Shown here piece by piece: positions 19,644 through 25,078 of a DNA stretch of 25,177 nucleotides. The stretch comes from a virus. Its lineage: Duplodnaviria > Caudoviricetes. The DNA lies in the IMG/VR virus record IMGVR_UViG_3300032330_000297, positions 1 through 25,177 of that record. One strand, 5' to 3'. The first letter of the stretch is position 1; every line of letters begins with the position of its first letter. The notes beneath the pieces are model-generated. The model saw only the letters and a program-made list of their open reading frames with translations, searched no databases and was not told the DNA's origin. Both the position numbers and the translations under genes were made by a program.

Positions 19644-19951
19644 GTCTCTTGTGCCTTTCTTAGTATTGCTCTAGCAAACTCTCGTCTACCAGCATAGGTG
19701 TCAATAATATTTGAAACTTCATCACCTACTGCATCTATTTCCTCATCTGTTAGTGTCAATTCAGGCTTTTCTTGCCATACAGGTTTGAAATTAACTAATG
19801 GGTCATCTGTTAGTGTCTTTGCTGGATGGGTGTAGAGTGGTGTCGTAATGCCCATGTTTTCCACTTCATTTTCTGAAACGCAATCGGCTAAATACAATGC
19901 CTCATCTTTAAACCTAACCAAGTTAATCCACGCTACTGGTTCATTGTTCAT
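19640..19951 (-). CDS. Hypothetical protein of the EPVAW...PLYTHP...LTDEEI phage family
   Basis: Start revised to ATG 19951 (MNNEPVAW), ATGA-coupled to the upstream small ORF. Confidence 0.75.
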   Translation of the reverse strand: MNNEPVAWINLVRFKDEALYLADCVSENEVENMGITTPLYTHPAKTLTDDPLVNFKPVWQEKPELTLTDEEIDAVGDEVSNIIDTYAGRREFARAILRKAQET

Positions 19952-20040
19952 ATTGGATACCCCTGAGTTAGATAAGTAGTACCAAAAATAATTACACAAA
20001 TAAACAAGGCCATCAAACCGCCTAAAATAAATTCTTTCAT
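19948..20040 (-). CDS. 30-aa single-TM peptide (not in the ORF track)
   Basis: MKEFILGGLMALFICVIIFGTTYLTQGYPI; SD AGGAG; stop overlaps the next ATG. Confidence 0.75.
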   Translation of the reverse strand: MKEFILGGLMALFICVIIFGTTYLTQGYPI

Positions 20041-20049
20041 GCTGATCTC

Positions 20050-20304
20050 CTAGTGAAATAATTTGTAGCGTGGGTGACAAGTAACTTCTACTGGAACATC
20101 GCTCATAATGCCGTTAATCCTGCGTTTGGCAGTAATAATTACTGGGCGCGTACCAGCTTCTTCACACTCAGTAATACCAAGGATTACGGCTTGGCGATTC
20201 ATGTGATACGCCTGCTTATCAGTTTCAAGGCTGACATGAGGCGGTGGGTCAAAAGAACTACAGGCGGCTAATGCTAATGGGGCTAAAAGTAATAAATATT
20301 TCAT
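20050..20304 (-). CDS. Small lipoprotein
   Basis: MKYLLLLAPLALAAC signal peptide with lipobox LAAC. Confidence 0.8.
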   Translation of the reverse strand: MKYLLLLAPLALAACSSFDPPPHVSLETDKQAYHMNRQAVILGITECEEAGTRPVIITAKRRINGIMSDVPVEVTCHPRYKLFH

Positions 20305-20528
20305 GATTTTTCCAGTTCTGAGTAAACTTCTTCTGCTTGTTTAACAAATTCATTAAAATTAAGGGCGTGTATCATTTCTAACACGCTGGTTTTGGTGTCG
20401 CAAATAAATACATCTTCTATATCTAGACTTCCTGAATGGCCCAAGCTAGGCTCATCGGGTTCTGCTGAACCGTGTATGTCAAGGTAGGTGTCACCAACAT
20501 ACATTGAAAATAAATAGTTATTGCTCAT
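20301..20528 (-). CDS. Hypothetical acidic protein
   Basis: 75 aa; preceded by a UACG hairpin and the GTGAGATAGAC leader. Confidence 0.75.
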   Translation of the reverse strand: MSNNYLFSMYVGDTYLDIHGSAEPDEPSLGHSGSLDIEDVFICDTKTSVLEMIHALNFNEFVKQAEEVYSELEKS

Positions 20529-20567
20529 GTCTATCTCACTTTTTATAAAGTATGCCCCCGTAGGGGC
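20526..20567 (-). promoter_or_regulatory. Intergenic leader element: c(UACG)g hairpin plus AAAAAGTGAGATAGAC-ATG
   Basis: Minus strand GCCCC-TACG-GGGGC; motif shared with 24015-24055. Confidence 0.6.
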
Positions 20568-20574
20568 TAGTTAA

Positions 20575-20868
20575 TTACCATTGGTCAAAAAATACATTTG
20601 CACATTTTGCTTGTTTGTAATTTTTGTAATCTTCTTCTTTTTCCCAAGTAGCATAAATTTGGCAACCAGCAGTATTGCTTGTAGATTCGCAAATACCACC
20701 ATTTGCTAATTTGTAAACATGACCAGCACCAGACCAAAATTTGCAATTACGACCAATAAATTCTGAGCCAACTAAGTCAGGCTTATTGTCTGTGTCAGGT
20801 TTAACAACATTAGGATTTTGTTGTTTAAAGTTTTCTAAGTAAGCTATGTAGCTATCCATTTGTGACAT
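20575..20868 (-). CDS. Hypothetical protein, first gene after the leftward promoter at 20940
   Basis: 97 aa; strong SD AAGGAG. Confidence 0.8.
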   Translation of the reverse strand: MSQMDSYIAYLENFKQQNPNVVKPDTDNKPDLVGSEFIGRNCKFWSGAGHVYKLANGGICESTSNTAGCQIYATWEKEEDYKNYKQAKCANVFFDQW

Positions 20869-20911
20869 TTGAATCTCCTTTTTCTATTTCACTCCCCAAT
20901 GGAGTAACTCC

Positions 20912-20940
20912 AGTTTAGTTAAGCTATCTTAACATTGCAA
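20912..20940 (-). promoter_or_regulatory. Sigma70-type promoter with operator O1 (20919-20932) in the spacer
   Basis: TTGCAA-17 nt-TAAACT; spacer contains TTAAG-ATAG-CTTAA. Confidence 0.8.
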
Positions 20941-20984
20941 GTATTATTTTATAGGGATAAACCCTAATATGGTAAAAAAGCAAC

Positions 20985-21072
20985 AGGGCAGTATTTAGCA
21001 GTTATTAGCTGTTAGGTGGAAAGCCGCAAAAACCCTAACTTACTGCATCCTACTATGGCGGCTTAACGCCCT
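20985..21072 (-). ncRNA. Candidate pseudoknotted structured RNA
   Basis: Closing stem AGGGCG/TGCCCT; hairpin GCAGT..GTTAGG/CCTAAC..ACTGC whose loop GCGGCTT pairs with upstream AAGCCGC. Confidence 0.55.
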
Positions 21073-21119
21073 AAAGAAGTTGGGGTACTCCTTGCGTTTC
21101 CCCCGTTCCCGTGAAGGAA

Positions 21120-21881
21120 TTAAAGATTGTTTTTGATCTGATAGACCCGTAACAAGTGTTGGAAACATTCCCAGCCATTTTGTAGCTTGGTTTCTTCAAC
21201 TTCTATTAATTTTACTTGGTTTGTAGTTCCGTTGACAAATACGATAGCGCACCGTGCAGTAGGCAAGCCTAGTCCTTCGCGATAGGCCGCTAACTGCATT
21301 TCATGCTCAAAATATACATCAACTTTGTCAAGGTCGGTATCTTTAGTTTTAAAGTCTACAATGAAGCCTGTACCTTGACCATTGACAGGTTTAGCCATTA
21401 AGTCACATTTGCCACCAAACCCTAGATGATGCCCAAAAGAACGCTCTGCAAGCCAAGGCTGGTCACCAAACGCGCTTTTAAGCGTACTATCAATTGCATC
21501 AAGATAAGCTGGCTTTTCTGGCAAGTACATCTGCTCAAAGTAACCCTCAATAACCGCATGAATTGCCGTACCGCGTTCTGCCGCTTCCCTGCCCGTAGCT
21601 TTACTATCCTGCATAACGCGCTTTAGCCACTCCTGTTCTTCTTCCCCTTCTAATCTAGGAAGGGTTAGGGCCGCTAAAAGGACTTGTTACTGTTTCCATG
21701 TATCAAGGCCTGCTTTCGATAATTGGCCGTTAATTGTTGTAACACTTGGCAAAAGTCCTTCTTTTCGTGCATCCCGAAGCGTTGTTGGCCGTTCCCCAGT
21801 TTTGCCGATGGTTGTATAGGCTGGAGTGCCGTCTTTTGTGTACCAATGACCATTTTCTTGTACCTTTTCTTTAACTATCAT
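21120..21881 (-). pseudogene. PD-(D/E)xK (Cas4/RecB-like) exonuclease interrupted by an in-frame TAA at 21687-21689
   Basis: The two track ORFs are in one frame: LPSVTTI...WKQ*QVLLAALTLP...AAERGTAIH...GKCDL...VDFKTK...QLAAY. Confidence 0.85.
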
Positions 21882-22119
21882 GTTTTCTTGCCTCTAACAT
21901 AGCATCGGCAAAAATGTAGCAATATTCAGCCACAACTGCTATTTCTGATGACATATCACCCTCTCTTTCAGGATCACCAATTTCAAAAAGTCCTCCATCG
22001 TTTTCCATGCAATCTTTTGCAAACTGAAAAGCCATTGGCATAGCCTTGGCCGCAAAATAATCACGCAAGGTCATTTCTATTGGCCCAATAAGGTTGTTTT
22101 CTTCTAAAAATGATTTCAT
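21871..22119 (-). CDS. Conserved phage protein (MTLRDYFAAKAM family)
   Basis: 82 aa; MTLRDYFAAKAM...Y..ADAMLEAR motif. Confidence 0.8.
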   Translation of the reverse strand: MKSFLEENNLIGPIEMTLRDYFAAKAMPMAFQFAKDCMENDGGLFEIGDPEREGDMSSEIAVVAEYCYIFADAMLEARKHDS

Positions 22120-22128
22120 GTTAGCCCC

Positions 22129-22743
22129 TTAAAACGGAATATCGTCAAGGTTAGTATCTTCAGTCTTTGGCTCATTTGCATCCCTAGCCTTTTGACCGCG
22201 CCATTCAGATGATTCTGTAATCTTTTCTTTGTAATACTTTGGTAACGCATCGTATTTAGATTGGTCAAATTCAGCTAACCAAAAATGATTTACAGGGTTA
22301 ATGCCTTCTGGCTGGGCGGTGCGTAATGCTGAAGGTACGGGGCTAATACCGCTGATGTTGGCGTATTTGCCATCTTCTGAGTGCGTGATATTAACCATAC
22401 AGAATTTACCTAGCAAACCCTTTAAATCAAAGTTTTTGCGATCTTCTGCGGTCATTTTTTTGTTAGACCATGCTTCTAAATCTTGGCGTAATCTAGCTTG
22501 ATCCCCAAGGCTAACCGTATAACGCTTAGACACAATCAAAGGTTTACCGTCATCCGTTTTTAATGGCTGGTCGGTATCGTCATTACCGTGCAATTCCCAA
22601 GTCAATACAACCTTGTGCATGATTTTGGATTCGCCAGCCCATTCTACGGATTGGTGGCCAAGGTCAATGATGCTATATAAACGCGCCATGTGAAGCCCTG
22701 CTGGGGCTATTTTAAATTCTTTGCTGTTATCTGAAATAATCAT
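22129..22743 (-). CDS. Putative ssDNA-binding protein (NGO0469/DUF669-like)
   Basis: 204 aa; PAG.H.AR...IIDLG.Q, LRQDLEAW, YANI motifs; acidic SSB-type tail DDIPF; adjacent to the exonuclease gene. Confidence 0.75.
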   Translation of the reverse strand: MIISDNSKEFKIAPAGLHMARLYSIIDLGHQSVEWAGESKIMHKVVLTWELHGNDDTDQPLKTDDGKPLIVSKRYTVSLGDQARLRQDLEAWSNKKMTAEDRKNFDLKGLLGKFCMVNITHSEDGKYANISGISPVPSALRTAQPEGINPVNHFWLAEFDQSKYDALPKYYKEKITESSEWRGQKARDANEPKTEDTNLDDIPF

Positions 22744-22943
22744 TTTGCATTCCTAAAAATATTTGAAAAGTCATTAAAGACTGTTTTTAATAATGGGTTT
22801 GGTTTGACAGGCGCAGAAAGTCCACACGCATAGCGTAGGTCACCTATTTCATCTGCTGTTAAAAAGACACCATCATCGAGGTCTTTAAAGATGCGTTCCA
22901 AATGTTCTTGGAAGCTATTGAAGTCTTGATCTTGCTCACTCAT
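22740..22943 (-). CDS. Hypothetical protein, first gene of the leftward operon
   Basis: Start revised to ATG 22943 (SD AGGAG; 5' hairpin AATACGGCA/TGCCGTGTT). Confidence 0.75.
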   Translation of the reverse strand: MSEQDQDFNSFQEHLERIFKDLDDGVFLTADEIGDLRYACGLSAPVKPNPLLKTVFNDFSNIFRNAK

Positions 22944-22983
22944 AAGAGTTCTCCTAATTAACACGGCACATTGCCGTATTTAG

Positions 22984-23012
22984 ATATTAAGCTAACTTAA
23001 AATATATTGCAA
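22984..23012 (-). promoter_or_regulatory. Leftward promoter with operator O2 (22987-23000)
   Basis: TTGCAA-17 nt-TAATAT; TTAAG-N4-CTTAA overlaps the -10. Confidence 0.8.
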
Positions 23013-23019
23013 GTGTTTA

Positions 23020-23055
23020 TTGTAAAAATGTTGTTTATTTGTTAAGATAGCTGAA
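23020..23055 (+). promoter_or_regulatory. Rightward promoter of the Cro-like gene with operator O3 (23042-23055); probably leaderless
   Basis: TTGTAA-17 nt-TAAGAT-6 nt-ATG; TTAAG-ATAG-CTGAA (one mismatch). Confidence 0.75.
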
Positions 23056-23288
23056 TGGATAAAATTACAGCAACCGCAATGATCCGTTTACTAGGTGGCC
23101 CAACACGGGTTTCTAAAATGGTTAATGTTTCAGTCCCAGCCGTATCTATGTGGCAAAACGGTAATATACCTTACGATAAGCTGGTGATCCTTGCCGCGAC
23201 ATTGGAGAAAGAAAGCCACGGGTTAATTAGCCGAAAGTCGCTATTTCCCGACACTTATCAGTTAATTTGGCCTGAGTTGCAAGATTAG
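23055..23288 (+). CDS. Cro-like (P22 Cro/YdaS-type) HTH repressor
   Basis: 77 aa; IRLLGGPTRVSKMVNVSVPAVSMWQ.GNIP HTH and C-terminal L.P....IWPEL. Confidence 0.85.
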   Translation: MDKITATAMIRLLGGPTRVSKMVNVSVPAVSMWQNGNIPYDKLVILAATLEKESHGLISRKSLFPDTYQLIWPELQD

Positions 23289-23296
23289 GTTATACT
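23267..23296 (+). promoter_or_regulatory. Promoter for the 23302 RNA (no operator)
   Basis: TTGGCC-18 nt-TATACT; predicted +1 at 23302-23303 coincides with the 5' arm of the closing stem. Confidence 0.55.
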
Positions 23297-23301
23297 GTGC
23301 T

Positions 23302-23442
23302 GGCAGAGTGAGATCTGTTTAGTAAGTACCTCTTAAACCAAGACCCCTTTGGGTTGTTCTGAGTGTTTAGTAAATGAGATAAGAGGCATTTATTAAGCAA
23401 TCTCACCTTAGAGCAACCCCAAGGGGTTTTTCTATTTCTGCC
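23302..23442 (+). ncRNA. Candidate two-state regulatory/antisense RNA
   Basis: Closing stem GGCAGA/TCTGCC; 23340-23363 pairs with 23407-23430; 23387-23399 can pair with either 23364-23376 or 23316-23327; repeated G-U pairs indicate the + strand RNA. Confidence 0.75.
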
Positions 23443-23715
23443 GTACTCCAAACGATATTAAGCACTTAACTGGGTGGCGTGGAATAGAACATGGGCTGGT
23501 TTACACCTAACAGCAAGCCCCGTAGCCTTGAGTGGGGACTACACAAGACGGACAGGACAACGGTGATAGACAACCTGACCATCGAATGAACACTACCTTA
23601 GGGAGCATTAGTTTGGCTCAACTGCTAAATGGATGGGGTGCTTATCACCATTGGGAAACCTGTGAGTAAAAAGCAACACTTAGGGAAAACACCTACAAAA
23701 TACTTTAAAAAACAC

Positions 23716-23744
23716 TTGATCTTGTTAAGCCACCTTAATATACT
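23716..23744 (+). promoter_or_regulatory. Sigma70-type promoter with operator O4 (23725-23738) in the spacer
   Basis: TTGATC-17 nt-TATACT; spacer contains TTAAG-CCAC-CTTAA; followed by the 5' hairpin TCACTC/GAGTGA. Confidence 0.8.
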
Positions 23745-23786
23745 GGTATCACTCAATAACGAGTGAGATAGAAAAAGGAACGCAAA

Positions 23787-24005
23787 ATGACATATATAAA
23801 CAATCAAATCATTCAACAAGCAGTGGATTTAATTATTAACACAAGAGATTTTTGCGGTAATGAAAAGCAAGCCGTAAAGGACTTTTGTGCAGATGAAAAT
23901 ATTAGCGATTGGAAAAAGGTTTGGAGTATTGCTAACTTCAGAGCTAACTCTGTTTGGAATCAACACAAAAAAGAAGCTGGTGTTAATCCTAAATATTGTT
24001 TTTAA
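23787..24005 (+). CDS. Hypothetical protein
   Basis: 72 aa; SD AAGGA; first gene after the 23716 promoter. Confidence 0.8.
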   Translation: MTYINNQIIQQAVDLIINTRDFCGNEKQAVKDFCADENISDWKKVWSIANFRANSVWNQHKKEAGVNPKYCF

Positions 24006-24014
24006 ATTAAATTT

Positions 24015-24055
24015 TAGCTCGAGCAAGGGCTACCTAAAAAGGTGAGATAGACATG
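24015..24055 (+). promoter_or_regulatory. Intergenic leader element: hairpin plus AAAAAGGTGAGATAGAC-ATG
   Basis: TAGCTC/GGGCTA hairpin, then the motif shared with 20526-20567 (-). Confidence 0.6.
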
Positions 24056-24316
24056 ACAAGCAAAAAAACACCAGCAAAACCAAAGCCGCTGACTAAACTT
24101 CAAGAGTTAGAACGCAAAGTAAGTATTCTCGAATGTGCCGCATATCAAGCATATAACGATCAAGATGAAGTGTTTGGCCTGCTTTATTTAATTATTAATG
24201 AGGCTGAAAAGCCTGAACCAAACAAATATCAGTTACGCCAAGCCTTACAGGGATTTAGAACTTTATTAATAGCTAATCAATCTAACATGATGGAATATGC
24301 TGGTTTAGATTATTAA
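24053..24316 (+). CDS. Hypothetical helical protein
   Basis: 87 aa; basic N-terminus, coiled-coil-like body. Confidence 0.8.
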   Translation: MTSKKTPAKPKPLTKLQELERKVSILECAAYQAYNDQDEVFGLLYLIINEAEKPEPNKYQLRQALQGFRTLLIANQSNMMEYAGLDY

Positions 24317-24346
24317 TGTTGTAAATAAGTCACAAGTCTAATAATA

Positions 24347-24368
24347 TTAAGAATACTTAACATATACT
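24347..24368 (+). promoter_or_regulatory. Operator O5 (24347-24360) and -10 box TATACT; poor -35
   Basis: TTAAG-AATA-CTTAA then TATACT, 6 nt before ATG 24375. Confidence 0.7.
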
Positions 24369-24374
24369 CCTAAT

Positions 24375-24473
24375 ATGGAAAATTTAATGATAATTTTTTC
24401 TGTTGGTATTTTTTCCGTGTTAGGAACGGTATTAGCTTTTTTATTTTTAATTCTTTATTGGGTGAAAACATGA
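24375..24473 (+). CDS. 32-aa single-TM peptide (not in the ORF track)
   Basis: MENLMIIFSVGIFSVLGTVLAFLFLILYWVKT; stop overlaps ATG 24470 (ATGA). Confidence 0.7.
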   Translation: MENLMIIFSVGIFSVLGTVLAFLFLILYWVKT

Positions 24474-24706
24474 CTTGGAATTTACGCTTAGTGAATATGA
24501 GTAATTCATACGAAGATTATTTTGAAATTCGTGAAGTGTATTACGACACAATGGGAAAACCTATTGGTCACAGCAATGCGGCCATAGGTGGTGAGGATCG
24601 GCTAGAGGTTGATCGTTACATTGAACTAGCTAAACTTGCCTTGAATAAACCTATTTTAAAGTTCGCAAACAATGAAGATACAAGTAAAGATTCTGAAAGA
24701 GAATAA
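24470..24706 (+). CDS. Conserved phage protein (MTWN.R...I.EVYYD..GKP type)
   Basis: Start revised to ATG 24470; ends in ALNKPIL motif region. Confidence 0.75.
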   Translation: MTWNLRLVNMSNSYEDYFEIREVYYDTMGKPIGHSNAAIGGEDRLEVDRYIELAKLALNKPILKFANNEDTSKDSERE

Positions 24707-24872
24707 AGATGGTTCGGCCAACGCTGAAGTTAATTTTGATAAAGAAGGACTTGAAGTCCTTGTGCAATGGGGAATTGTTGGTTTGCTTACCAAAGCAATT
24801 AATGAATACAAAATTGAACCTGACGAAGCTGAGGCATCTGTTCAACCCAAAAAGAAGAAAGTAAAAAAATGA
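24672..24872 (+). CDS. Hypothetical protein
   Basis: 66 aa; KENKDGSA motif; basic tail; ATGA-coupled downstream. Confidence 0.7.
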   Translation: MKIQVKILKENKDGSANAEVNFDKEGLEVLVQWGIVGLLTKAINEYKIEPDEAEASVQPKKKKVKK

Positions 24873-25078
24873 CTACATTTACCACCGAAGATCGCCTAGC
24901 AACAGAAAACGATGTTGATTTCTTGGTTGAAGATTTACTTGCCACAATCACGCAATCTTATACACCAGAATTTTTGGTACAAAAAGCCGCCAATGTGTTA
25001 CGCAAACAAAAGGCTGAGATTGATTATTGGAAAGATATGTTTGAGAAATCAATGAAAGTACAAGAAAATGAACAATAA
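24869..25078 (+). CDS. Hypothetical protein (MTTFTTEDR start)
   Basis: 69 aa; ATGA-coupled. Confidence 0.7.
   Translation: MTTFTTEDRLATENDVDFLVEDLLATITQSYTPEFLVQKAANVLRKQKAEIDYWKDMFEKSMKVQENEQ

Noticed and set aside
20985-21072. Pistol, twister or SAM-II/V identity
   Set aside because: Only short words (UUAAGCC, GCUAAAUA) resemble them; helix order and core nucleotides do not fit.
21120-21614. Cas4-like nuclease as evidence of a CRISPR system
   Set aside because: No repeat-spacer array or other cas genes; stand-alone PD-(D/E)xK nucleases beside SSB genes are ordinary in phages.
21120-21881. Genome-wide TAA-to-Gln recoding
   Set aside because: Most genes here end in TAA, several with tight TAATG coupling; only one internal TAA was seen.
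23302-23442. tRNA gene or DNA cruciform/MITE
   Set aside because: No cloverleaf or T-loop consensus; mismatches are mostly G-U compatible on one strand, favouring RNA structure; no target-site duplication.
23458-23469. TTAAG-CA-CTTAA as a sixth operator
   Set aside because: 2-nt spacer instead of 4 and no associated promoter.
23491-23589. 32-codon ORF MGWFTPNSK...
   Set aside because: Weak SD, no coupling, overlaps predicted stems; not excluded as a leader or icd-like peptide, but unsupported.
20919-24360. Operators as CtrA boxes
   Set aside because: Spacing is TTAA-N6-TTAA with palindromic G/C inner bases, not TTAA-N7-TTAA.
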